Source: Phallusia mammillata
Lineage: Eukaryota
DNA: 64,000 nt
Assembly (NCBI GenBank): GCA_965637545.1
Contig: OZ281496.1
Location: 25,048,001-25,112,000, forward strand
Reading direction: 5' to 3'
Shown here: positions 12,001 through 23,951 of the stretch, one piece after another
Numbering within the stretch: position 1 is the first letter of the stretch
Layout of the letters: the number at the start of each line of letters is the position of its first letter
Notes under the pieces: model-generated
What the model was told of the DNA's origin: nothing
The model's input: the letters and a program-made list of their open reading frames with translations, nothing else
Databases searched by the model: none
Position numbers and translations under genes: made by a program

Positions 12001-15000
12001 TTTCCTACAGGACAGTTGTTTTGCATTATTTTATAAATTTTGTGGGTTTTAATTTGTCTCGGTCGTCGTGCTGGCCTGTAAATGAATTACTGGCCTTTTG
12101 ACTAAAGTGAACAAAATGGTAACGCCTTAAAAAAGTTACTAGTTGGCGCAGTGTTAGCTTTTGCGCAGTGTAAGGAATTGTGTGATATGCAATTAGATGA
12201 AAAAGATACGTTGTCTGCGTAAAATATTCGGTTTCGGCGAAACCAACTCTTTGTAAAGATCTTTGGTTCAGTCAAATAATTTCGTTAAACTGACGTTTCG
12301 GTACATCACTACCCGTACCTCATCTTGGATTTGGGCTAAGTTGCGTAGCTCTTCTTCAGTGAGTGGGGGTAGAGCGCTGGTGGCACTGTCCATAAGCTGG
12401 TAGAACGGCAAGTTGAGCAGTTGTTCGAGTCTAGGTTCAGCGAAGATTCCTTTGCTTCCGAGCAATGGCCGAACGAGAGAAAGCATGTTGTTCAAATCTG
12501 CTGTCAACTCCATAAGTGTGATGTTTCTTGAATCCCACTGCAAATAGTTGCAATTTGACTGGGGGTGCGGAAATTTGATTCTTATCTAGGTATATTACAT
12601 TACAATGATTTTTGAAAAGGTGGTAATTGGTCTATTTTGTAAACCATTGTTGTTGGTTGTGTATGTTTAGCTACTTTTTGTTTGCTACTATCGAGGTAGA
12701 GCAAATGATGTTGTTTTTGGCATATGCAAACGTATGCCTTTAATACAGACAATCTACATAATCAGTTTGGTTACGAAATCTTTGAAAACACGGGTAAAAC
12801 GTATTTTTACCTCACCAACCATCTTAAGGGAAGCCTGAGTATCTTTGTGGCGTTAAAAGAGCGATGCCAGTTTTTCACAAAAAAACGAAATCGCTTACCT
12901 CTCCCATGATTGCAACGTCCGCCAACAGTGGGAAAATGCTATTTTGTGGGAAAACAACATGGGATTTCACGTAGAAATTGACTTCCCGCTCGAGGTACGG
13001 CACGAAGATTGATCTTGCAAAATTGTACTCTTTTTCCGTGACTGGTGTCACTTCGTTGTAAAGGTCGATTTCCGCCCAGTTGTTTCGTCTAAGCGACTTC
13101 ATAACTATATCCGCGAAACTGAGAACCATAACATACAAAAACTTACAGCTAATATTATGAACTGTTACCTGGTTCATTCGATATTAATCGGGAAAACGAT
13201 TTTAACTGTGTTTACGTGGTCGATTCATGAAACAAATTTGTTCATGCTTGCATTGTAAATCTTAGTTCACGTAATCTTATTTAATTTTTGTGCAATTTAA
13301 TGGCCATATGAGACAAAGAAGTTGGTTTAAACCTGACTGGTGCGACTGCCATATATACTTATTTATTTTATTGCTTATGCAAAATTCAGTATTATTACCA
13401 GTTCTTGGAGCCGCAAACCGTAGCAAAACCCAAGTTAAATGCGACAGCTATGTCGGGTATATACCATATCAAATTATCGGGCCCTGACCTGTTAACACGA
13501 AAGGTCGTGTATAACAAACTTTATTTTGACCTTAGATTTAGCCGAAAGTCATACCTTTCGCTAAGCACGCAATAACGAGTTCCTCTGTACTGGATCTGTG
13601 CTTTAATATGTTCCTTCACGTAGTGTTTCACTGCTTTTGGTGTAGGGTCCAAACTGACTACATTATGAAAGATTTATGTTTGGTACTGTTTTCGTAGTTA
13701 GTGATTAGTAAAACTTTGTAAGGCCTATATGAAAATGCGTTTTATTCAGAAAATCAAATGTTCTTACCAATGTTGGCAATGCTTCGGAATTCCGCTTCTG
13801 TTGGGTTGTTGTTGATCAAATATGCGTAACACGACAAACGCAGTGTTACCAGGCGGCTGTTGTCGGTGAAAATCGACAAAATCTTCGTCCGCATCTGGTT
13901 TCATACAAGTATTTAAATTACGCAATTTTAGTATATCTTAAATGGTGAAACTAACGGCCCAAATAGACGTAAAAAGCGATATTCTGTATATTCATTATAA
14001 CGTTTCGGAAAATGCTCATGCCATCATCAGTGATATCAAGGTGGCTTACACCTCCTTCTGCGCATCTTTTATTCTATCGTTTTAAAGCATGACGTTTTTC
14101 GGGTCGTTATTTTTACGTCTATTTGGGTCGTTATTTTCACCGTTATACTTATGAACAGATTAGTATAACTGTGTTTGGATTTTTAATTAGACACCTAAAC
14201 ATGTTCGGAAACAACTACTGCTGTAGACTAGGGCTTCACAAACTGGGGTGCGCGATCCTTACATGGTCCCACTGAAAGTTTTGGGGTCGTGGTTACTTTG
14301 ATTTAACTTAATAAAAAGTCATTTGAAGGTGATTTTTCTAACTTTCAGCAAGCACATTAAAAAACTGATGAAAAAAATCCTAAAGTAGCAGTGTAGCATG
14401 CAACTGGCAGTATATGTTACCATAGGGGCATCAGCTAAAACGTTTGTGAAGCTGTAGATCATATTTGGTAATCAGTGAATTTAGTAGCAAAACTTTTAGC
14501 TTTATTTGTAGCAATATATATTCGCTGTAGTACGAATTTTAATATTAAACTCACCGCCGGCTCAACAGGAACGTTTTTCAGCGATCTGACAGCTTCCAGT
14601 GCCACAGTAACCGGTGCATGCACATTGTACGCGCAGTTGACAAAAATGGCTCCGTTTAGTCCAGCGTTTGTGGGAAGGGCGCTTAATGATTTTATGGCCG
14701 CCAACATGATGAGTTCATGTTCTGTAAAGTAGACTTGTGTTACTTTTTTAAACATAATTCTTTGACATAAATTGACTGATTCTCTGTAGAGATTTTATCG
14801 TCCGGTTTTACTGTTTTATCGTAAAAAGAGGCAAACACTGATCTTCAGTTTAAGCCTTGCTGTTGATGGTTTTGATCCATAACTGAAGCTATAGTTGGAT
14901 CATTTTAATCACAAGTAGTTTTAATATGTTGTCAAGTCAGACTTGACGTAGAGCCTTTTATCGTTAAACTTATGTAAAACATTAATAACTAATTATGCCT

Positions 15001-18000
15001 ACAGATCTATTCAATTAGAATTTATTACTTGCTCAACTTAAGAAACCCCTTTTTCAAACCAATAACTGAGGTATATGTGTTGTATTTGTGGCTGATAATG
15101 TGCAACATTGATTTTCTAGCTTAAATTATAATTGCAACTATAAAAAGACGTTTTAGTGCGAATTCATACCGTTGTAAGTGATTGAAATTGAACAGTCGGT
15201 GTTCAGAAGGGTTTTAAGGTAGTTGATTGCTTCGATGGTCTGAGGTTCGAGCGTATCCAATTCACACGTATCCATGTGTCGAGCAAGGACTTTTCCGAGA
15301 GTCAATACCCTCAATGGTGTGGTGCGCTGAGTTGCGAAGTACTGCAAAGGGTTTTGGTGGTTAAGTCTCTTTGAAATTAATCGAAGCGTTGTGACGTACA
15401 CTGTTTTCCTGATGTAATAAGCTTTAAGACATAATTATGGTAAGGCATGACTTTTTTTCCTTCTCAGGTAAGCCCCTGTGAAGAAGCTCATAATGATAAG
15501 TTGGCCTTGAGGGCAGTAACAATTCTTATTCTGAGTAAATTGCTTGTAAACGGTTAATTTCTGATTTTGTTTTCTATACCTTAAAGTGCAAAATGAAACT
15601 TACGTGTGCGGCGGCAACCATGTTAACATTTGGTTTCTCAAACGTCGTCATTGCTTTCATCACTCCGCTTTCAATTTCCACTGCGTCGGTTGTTAAGTCA
15701 ATGTTGCGTAGGAAACGATGGAAACCGTTCTGGCAAGCAAGTGCTTCTTGGCAAGTCGGTAGGTGGCAGCGAAGAGACACAATGCTGCACCTGTAGAGAA
15801 GCTGCACCCACAAAATCCTGCGTTCAAAACAGCAGGTGTGTTATTTAGAGTGCCTAACTTCACAGCGCGAGCAACTAAGTCTTACGTGAGAGTTTCACGT
15901 TGTTCTCCGGTATAGGCATTAGAAACGTTTTCCCACAAGGACCACATGCCATGGTTCGGTAGTGTAGATATGTACTGAGCAAGTTTTGCGAATTTACCGG
16001 CCGTAAACGGACCGTTAGGTGTCGTGATGAGATCTCGCACTACAGCCACGGGGTCAAAGTTCACGAATAACCCGTCGATCGTTTCCTTCCATTGCGCCTC
16101 GTACATAACCGAGTGTCGTTCGTATCGCGCCTTGATTTGGTCTCTTTCCACTGAGATAAAAAATATTTGAGTAATTAAACAAAGCAAATTGTTACCGAAA
16201 TGCTTTTGGTCATTTGCAGACATGTTAAAATGCTTTAACACTATATTTATTTTTTTATTTGCGCTACTGCGTGCATATTAATAGGAAACATGTAGCTTAA
16301 AGATAAGTGCCATTTTTGTACACTAAGTCCTAACTGTAAAACCATGTTCTATACTTTAAACCAAACAGCACATGCGTTCGCGCAAGATTGATATCCAATC
16401 TCATACACTTACCTGATGTGATTCGATCGCTGGGTTCCATTCTCTCGTCCGCCAATCTGTTCATGTTCAACTGAACTCTTGCCTTCGCATTCGCAGTGTT
16501 TCCGTACAGTAAGTCGCTTAGAGCCTGTCATATACAGTAGCATCGTGATGTAACAAAGTATACAAACCCTTGACAAATTAATTCAGCGCAGAGTTGTAAG
16601 CCGGACTGGGCCTTTCGGGCCGGGTTTGGGTTTAGGTTTCTTTAAATTTAAAACAAGGGGCTTGATATGGGCCTGACTGTGTCAGTATTTAAAAAAACAG
16701 CTTAGTAGCCAGTTGCTGGACCTGACCTAATGTCAAAAACTCTACATCGCCTTGTTTAAGACCAATGGTCCATCATTGTATATGCGGTTTGTTGTCTTGG
16801 TTCTTCTGGGGCTTTACTTCTAACGCCTGTCAATCAAACTTTCGGGCCTAAACTCGATTTGATTCGGGACGGGTTTCAGGCGTGTACTTTCGGGTTCGGG
16901 CTCCAATTTCAGGCTCCAATTTTTTTGACATAATTATACAAGTTCTAACAACAGGCTAAAACGTTTTCCTATGCCTGAACCATGATCAAAAACGTGGCGA
17001 TCCATTTTATATAGGTTCAAATGGAACGCGTTCAAATTGCACTTGACTAGCCCTATTTCGCAACTTATAAGTTTGAGTTTGCAAACAAAGGGTATACGTA
17101 CCTTGAAGTAGGGATTGTTGGTTAAGAATACCGGTTTGGTTTCGACACAACGCACTTCTTCAACCAGTCGTCCTCTCTCCAACATGTAGCTGCATTCTTG
17201 TACTGGCGGCTTTTCCAATTTGTGCGCCACACTCACTACCTGCAAAAGTATCAAACGCCTCATATCGAAAATTTGTTAATATCGATTATTTGTTTAGTTT
17301 AGCGACTAAATTAATTATGCGCTGGACATGATTAGGTTTTTGGTTACATACACCGAATCAAAAATATTCGTATTTCTTATGGTCATACTGAACCACTTTA
17401 TTTATTGAGGTTAAAACCATTTCAGTTACTTTTATCTGGGTTCGCCTCCGTGTGATGATGGTTATTAGAATGTAGTTTACCAAAGTAAGACTTGGATTAA
17501 TGTTTTAGGGGTCTGGAGTGTTAGCAAAAATTTACGAACCACTGCTTTACATTAACAGACGTCCGTCATGTAGAATCACAAGTATTAACTTTATCAAACG
17601 TAAACTTGTTTTAACGCACCAAGTCGCTTGCTATGGCCCTTAAATCAGAATTTTCATTGGTGGTATGAATCTCTCCATATTCTTTGATGCTCCACGGGTG
17701 TTTGAAGTTAGTTGTGTCTCTTGTTACCGTCACTTGACGTGGTGCACCGACCGCTACTGTGCTGATTCGAGCGCTGACGTTGCCGATTCCAAAGATGTTT
17801 TCCTCTTCATACTAAAAATAACACGAAATGTTTTGGATATAAGTCAAGTGGGGGGTTGAATTGTGCAGTAAAACATTGGGCGATAAAGTGTAGTTGCGTT
17901 TAAGGGTTAATACAGGGGTGCGCAACCTTTTTGCTCCTTATTTCACCGACGGCCGCAAATTGCTTTTCGATCCTTATTTCACTGACGGCCACCAATTGCT

Positions 18001-20980
18001 TGCTTGTTTTTGGGTCAAAAAAAAATTATCGTCTATATACGCCATCCATTGGCGCCAAAAAAGCCCAGATTAATTTCTAATTTATACACAGATTTAGCTA
18101 AATAGCCTGGTGATCAGTCGTAACTGTGTATGACGTCATAATCTATATTGTGACGCTTGTGGTACCTTTTTTTCACATTGTTTGCACATAGTAAGCGTGC
18201 AAAAAGTCTGACGCTTTTGGCTACTAAGCTGAAAGTGCTCTTTCCAGTCCCACAAAATTTGTTTAGAGCAATTTAAAAATATTTAGCAAAAGGGCTTTTT
18301 ACGTCACGGCCGCCAGTACGTGTATTTGTAAACATGTTCACGGCCGCACAAACTCGTCTCGTCGGCCGCATGTGACCGTACGACCGCAGGTTGTGCACCC
18401 CTGGATTAATGTATTATCTTGCAGTCTCATAGCTTTCATAAATTATACATTATTTATCGAAATAGTAATAATACGTGTTTTTTTTCAACTGTTTAAATTA
18501 CATGGACGCTAAGCGTTGCTTGTTTGAGCATGATGTTGGTGAGTTTTTAGGGCACAACTTTTACGTTGAGTATAGGTCTTGCCTAAATTCGTTTTTCACG
18601 GGCCTGGTCATATTGAGACGTTAAATTTTTGTGTGAAAGTAAGGGATCTTCATATAAAGGAGGGCAAAAGCTGACTTATGTAGCGTTTCTTTTGATTGAT
18701 GTTTTACCTCCACTGGTGCGTTGAGTCCAGCCACCCTAAGAGCAGAGAAGTTGATCTGAAGAACCGAAAGCGCCGCTTTTTTGATGTTGAGAATATCCGA
18801 CGGTTCGGAGTTATCAGCAAACACTTTGGTTATCTGCAAACGATCAAATTGATTTGTTCTGTCACAGAAAGTCAAAAGCAATAGCACATAGATTAGTACA
18901 CCTAGTATTTGTCATTACATCTTCAATCAGAAGCTTTTAATACTTCAATAATTAAAAAATGGATTCTGTACCAACATTCAGCAATTTTAAACCCGAAAAA
19001 GGGGATTATAGATTTCGATTTGATAAATTGAAAGGAAGAAAGTTTAATTTAATCTTACCCTTCCATCAACAAAATGGAAATACACGCTATTCTGTCTCAT
19101 CAGCTTAGCGACATTGTCAAGCGGCGACGGGTTGGTGTAGACCAGGGTACCATTCGGAAAGGGAGTCCCCCCAAAAACATGACAATGTTTAAAGGACATT
19201 GTCCCCGCACATTGGTAGGGTATCTTGATCTCCACAGAACACCTAGGTATGTTACACAATACCGTTTATTGTTTTTCGGGCAGATTTTCATTGCATAATA
19301 ACAGACGCGTCGACGTCCCGTACGAGGCGCCTTCATCAGAATAATTGCGTGCGGTAAAACACAACACAATTGTTTATGCAGCATGCCTGGCAGCAGCAGC
19401 TTATTCATAGTGATTAGTATCATTTAGAAACGATAAAGGACATTAAGGTGCATTTTGGCAAACGTTTTACAAATTCATTTCAAAATAACATATACGGGCC
19501 TTAATCTCTCGTTGTTTAAGAACTCAAAATTGACGCGCACACAAATAAACTTTTTGGTGTAGCCTACTTGTTAGAATTTTTTTTCATTTATGTCAAATTT
19601 TATGGAAAACAATACTATTTAAAGTTTGAGCTGTATGAATCGTATTTAGACGTTTTCGTTGTTTTTTGCAATTGACACTCACAAAGGGCATCATTTTTTA
19701 TTTGCGTTTTTACATTTTTTGGCGCTAATTTGGAAAAAAACGTATTCGGCGCTCATCCAATTCTGTTACTTGCATATTCTATTCGGGGTACGAATGCTGG
19801 AAAAAAATCAACTACTCCCTAATTAGGTAATATGCTAAACGCCATATTGACTCACCGTTTCGAAAATTACACCATTGAAAAGTACACAAATACTTCATCC
19901 CATATTTACGTTTCCTATATTGATGTAATACTTGCTTTAATATGCGCGGTTTAAAAAAAGTTTGTTATTGGTTTGTCCCGAAGCTAAAAAACATGTGCCG
20001 CTTTTTAAATTTCGGTTTAAAATATTTATTTCAAAAGTAGTTTACCTTAACAGTGCACCGTTTCGAATTTCATGTTGTTGACTTTCAATGATTCCTTCAT
20101 ACTGGTAAGTGTACTTTCTTGCGATAATGAAACTCTGTACCGCTAAAACATAAAATAAAAACTTGAAAATGGTAAAATAACGGCAAATTATAACACCCAC
20201 TTCTTAAACCACACAACTTACGTTTGCATTGTGGAAAGTCAAAAAAGTCTTCTTTGATTTCTGAAAGTAGAGGATCACGTATTTTTATATGTTACGAACT
20301 TCCACAAACCAGTCTTTACATGGCGAGGCATTTTTTAAATGCGTAAAATAGCAGTTAATTCTGGGCCACAGTACGCCTGCCCCAGGCCCATTGAAGGCGC
20401 GACACCGAATCAGTCGGTCACCGAGCATTCACCACCATACGGCAAGGCGTAGGCTAGAAAAATCTAGCCTGCGATGGGATTCGAACCCACGACAGGAGCC
20501 TTTCCGGACTCGCGCTCTACTAATTGAGCTACGCGGGCTCAGTGGAGAATCCGCCGAAAGTTGTTGAAAAAGTTGAATCACAAGCACCGTATGTTCATCC
20601 TAACTAATTCTGGGCCAGGTTGTTTTAGTTAGGTTTAATGTATTTTAAAAAAATCCCTATTTATAATTTTTAAACACAAAATTTGGTTTATTCAAGTGCC
20701 ATAAGTGCCATTGAGAACGAAATAGTTATTATTACAAAATGCGTAGTATTTTTAGCAAGAAAGAACTGTTGTTATTGCTTATATGAAACATCAAAAAATA
20801 TCCATAGTAACTAGCTGTTTTGGTAATTCATGGCGAACAAGCGATTTCTTGTACGGGCAAAATGCGATGCACTAATTTGTATGTAGCCTACTCACGTGCT
20901 ACTGGCTCCTCCAATTGCGCCTCAGTTGCCACAAAACAGATGAGCATCAAAAGCAGCAGGGCAAATGCCTGTCGCCCCAT
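33..20980 (-). CDS. Apolipoprotein B-like / apolipophorin-vitellogenin family large lipid transfer protein (LLTP); 3' end lies beyond the left edge
   Basis: Phase-consistent exon chain (5' to 3' on minus): 20980-20896, 20142-20046, 19242-19059, 18833-18708, 17811-17620, 17239-17102, 16524-16413, 16150-15886, 15790-15604, 15341-15170, 14721-14555, 13894-13768, 13657-13555, 13118-12899, 12537-12319, 11893-11756, 11328-11114, 10871-10689, 10549-10435, 10385-10259, 9973-9798, 9426-9115, 8788-8660, 8309-6852, 6634-4905, 4709-3117, 2788-2525, 2305-1978, 1853-1674, 1367-1021, 714-595, 474-276, 161-33 (10,137 nt, no stop). Exon 1 encodes a signal peptide, MGRQAFALLLLMLICFVATEA. Motifs collinear with the apoB N-terminal lipovitellin-like module as I recall it: RKYTYQYEG, CSVEIKIPYQC, EPSDILNIKK, QECSYMLE..VEEVRCVE, EAINYLKTLLNTDC, LRLSCYAYL...PT, VKHYVKEHI, VKSHVVFPQNSIFP, ITLMELTADL..LLGSKGIF, SPTSIGLP. 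A few junctions (10259, 1674/1367) have alternative solutions. Confidence 0.9.
13943..14142. mobile_element. Small MITE-like inverted-repeat element in an LLTP intron
   Basis: GGTGAAACTAACGGCCCAAATAGACGTAAAAA (~13944) is the reverse complement of TTTTTACGTCTATTTGGGTCGTTATTTTCACC (~14110-14141), 32 bp with 2 mismatches. No TSD resolved. Confidence 0.65.
16589..16920. mobile_element. hAT-type MITE family A (CAGAGTTGTAA TIR), right end truncated
   Basis: Shares the left TIR and internal blocks (AGTAGCCAGTTGCTGGACCTGACCTAATG; GCCTGTCAATCAAACTTTCGGGCCTAAA; CGGGTTCGGGCTCCAATTT) with the copies at 54280 and 56584. Confidence 0.8.
17913..18403. mobile_element. hAT (Buster/Charlie-like) MITE
   Basis: TIRs CAGGGGTGCGCAACCT / AGGTTGTGCACCCCTG; degenerate 8-bp TSD GGTTAATA / GATTAATG; short internal tandem duplication near 17936-18000. 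Confidence 0.8.
20369..20603 (-). mobile_element. tRNA-containing interspersed repeat, copy 1 (SINE-like), in LLTP intron 1
   Basis: Flanked by the direct repeat TAATTCTGGGCCA (20356-20368 and 20604-20616). Contains a tRNA-like sequence at 20467-20538. Homologous over ~200 bp to 49913-50124. Confidence 0.8.
20467..20538 (-). pseudogene. tRNA-like sequence (tRNA-Lys-like head), not a canonical tRNA
   Basis: GCCCGCGTAGCTCAATTAGTAGAGCG...GTCGTGGGTTCGAATCCCATCGCAGGC has A-box and B-box, a D arm and a T arm. The acceptor stem has a mismatch and the anticodon loop (CGGAAA) is non-canonical with no U33. Confidence 0.7.
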
Positions 20981-21100
20981 TTTCGCCGACTTGGATCTTC
21001 GTATAACAGGTTTCTTGAAATGCCTACGTTGAACAAATCAAACGCAGAATGCTCCAAGGCATCGGGGTTGATTGCTTTTATTCCCCGGGGCCAGAATCGT

Positions 21101-21230
21101 ACCTTGACCCGCGTAAGAGGAAATAATGTCGCGGTGGCCAAATCGACGCCAATGCTTGTTCGCGCGCCAGCGTCGGCGCCAGAAAAGGAGAGCGGCTTGC
21201 CCACATGAAAATGCAAGGTAAACAAATGCT
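21101..21230 (-). promoter_or_regulatory. GC/CpG-rich probable promoter and non-coding first exon of the LLTP gene
   Basis: GC-rich island upstream of the ATG at 20980, with a minus-strand donor (CAAG|GTACGA near 21100) and an acceptor (TTGTTCAACGTAG near 21025) ahead of the start codon. Confidence 0.4.
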
Positions 21231-23951
21231 GCAATTATTGCAATATCGCGACCGTTGGTTGCAATGCAGCGTCGATTTTTATTGCTTATTTTCTCAGTCG
21301 ATCCTGTTGGCGGTGTGTTACGAGTTATATACCTACTTTCACAAAATCCACCTAAAAAGAGGGCATGCCGAAATCACCTTTATATTTCATTTTCCAAAAA
21401 GCAAACCGTGGTGCAAAATAGGTAAAAGCATTTGGGTCTTGTATTTGTGCCACTTGGGATCAAAAGAATGCAGACATGCATAAAAACTATTCCAGATTTG
21501 GTAAATGTTCGCAACCAAAAATCGTGTGAATTACGTTTTAGGGACACTGAAATTAAACGTATCAGCGAAAGAACATAACACTAAGCCGGCAAAAGAGTAT
21601 TTTTGAAGGTTTTTGTACGCAATATGTTTCAGTTGAGTTTATTTCGCTAGGTGAACGTCAACACAATTGCACTAAAACAATCACCAAGCCGGATTTAGCA
21701 CATTTAAAGTTCCGTTTGGAGAACAAAGGTTATACGAACTCGCACAATTGGACCAAGTGTTTTTCACACTCTGTATCAAGTGCGCCTTAAATGTTTGCTG
21801 TCTGGTGCCAAGAGTCTGCCCACCTGTGCACCGCACCTGGTTTTATAACTCGTAAAAGCGTCACTTTCAACTGTGAATTTGCGACTTTACGGCTCCGCCA
21901 AAGCTGCTTGTAAACAGCAAACAAGTCGACTGTCAACCTTGCTGGAGCAAATTCATCAACAAAACGTGACTTTTAAAATTCAGCTGCATTAATAACATGA
22001 TCTGCGGTTCGTTGACCCATTTGTAAACGAGTTGTAAAAAAATGCTCTAACAGGGGTAATTTGTTATTTAAGTGTAAATTTAAGCAAGAATAAATTGATT
22101 GCCGAATACTATGTAGGAAACTTGGGGTAAATTATATCATTCAAATCTATACTAAAAAATGAAAGAGAATTAAAATTGGTATCTATAAGCAGGGTTTATT
22201 CATTTTTCGTTGCGTTCACTATACACATTTTAGTGTTTTCGCCAGCCAGTACGACAAAAAAACTTATATTGTTGTGGACTTTTCGAATGAGTTAAACCCA
22301 ACCGAAAATAATAACTTTTGCACATCAATGTTTTTCTTGGCTGTAAGGTTTGACATATAAGGTAGTGAATTATACATTTTGGGAATTGGTCTTGTCCCTT
22401 CCACTAAATCGTGTTCCGCTTGATTTCTAAGAAGAGTTATTTGATCGAAGTCCAATCTGCGTTCCCATACCTTGGAGAACAACAACGTTTTAACATCTTA
22501 AAGCAATAGCAAGAATATTGCCGAAACGTTTTTGTTGCAACGGACTAATATTTTTTGGTCACACAAAACACCTAAGATTTAGAAGCAAAAAACACAGGCT
22601 TGTAAATTCATGTTCTAAATACCAAAATGATATAGGAATCTGATTTAGGAGCCCTTTTTAGATACGTACAAACTAATTTTGCAGTTTTTTACTTGAGATC
22701 CAAAACCCCAATTTGTACCTTTGTACACGGTGAACCACTTCTTTGAATATCATGGCTTTTGTGTTGAGGGATATACAGCATATCGGTAGGGAAATCGGCG
22801 AAAACGAATTCGAATAACACAGTACAGTCCAAAGGTTCGTTCACAGATACTTCAACGGGTAATTTAGTCAGTTAAGGTTGAAATAGGCCGAAATTCATTT
22901 TGTTGTAGGCTATAAGGGTAACGGACAAAGTCCCTTGTCCAAACTTTTCGTATAAATTTGTGATCATCTGAAAAGGCCCTTCTAGTCAAATACAGGAAGT
23001 TTACATGATATCTTTAACTCAAATCAAATGTTATGCGTTGGTACAAAGGTCGCAGTCCGGTTTTGGGAAAGCGAAAACGGCTGCAATTTTTCATGCAAAT
23101 TTAAACCTAAATCTGCTCCGACCCAGTAAAAATGCAGAAAAAAAGTGAACGCCGCACGGAGTTTCAAACCAGACGAATAATAATGTATCGCGCAGTGCAC
23201 GGCCAAACTCTTTGAGAATAATAGCCGTGAAGATAATGAGAAGCCATACAAGTAAACCGGTTTAAAACGTAGACCTAACCTGAACCCGAAATTAGTTTGT
23301 TTGAAAAAATAAGAACCTAAGCCATAAAAACAATAAATAGGGAGCCTGAACCCATCCAACAACTTTTTGACTCCCACACCAATTAAAAAAAAACTCGACA
23401 GGGCGTACCATTTGCAAGGATTTTCATTGGTAGATTAGTGCCAACATTTCCATTGCAAATGTAAGATTTAGGCACAAATAACAACAATTACTTCTCAAAG
23501 TATGCATAACATCAATGTGGAAAACAAATATAAATGTGTTTGGTCCACGTATGGGTTTTAAACTAGCTGCAGTGTTATCAATTTTTTTCCCAAATCAAGA
23601 TTTTAAAATCAGTTTTACCGTTTTTTTTACTTCAGTCGTGTTTTTAAACTTCAGCTATATTTTTTGTCCACCACTATTTCCTTCTCTCTGCCGAAAAACT
23701 ATAGAGAAAGGAAATAAGGCAATGTCATAGCTTCCTATAGGCCTACCACGTTTAATTTGTCTCAAACAGACTACATGAGAATGAAAAAACGTACTTTAAT
23801 TTTTCCGGAATAGAAATCTAAAAAAAGAATGTCGATTTAAATCATGTCGGTTTAGGGAAAGCACGCAAAACGCGGGAACGTGCTTCAAGCTTTTGTTTTC
23901 AGGAAAAAAACGCTCAAATTGCGCTCGTTGATTGTTTTTGCGCCTCCAGAA

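Noticed and set aside
15153-15560. Extra open frame at 15440-15560 and the 5' part of ORF 15153-15401 as additional LLTP exons
   Set aside because: The acceptor CCCTTTGCAG at 15342 gives the correct phase and apoB-like spacing without them.
19100-19423. Apparent N-terminus of the LLTP with an in-frame stop or frameshift (ICPKNNKRY resembles apoB VCPKDATRF)
   Set aside because: Exons 20980-20896 and 20142-20046 supply the signal peptide and RKYTYQYEG and splice in phase to 19242, so 19243-19423 is intron and the resemblance is coincidental.
20467-20538. Functional tRNA gene (also 49959-50032)
   Set aside because: Non-canonical anticodon loops that differ between copies, stem mismatches, and embedding in a larger repeat.
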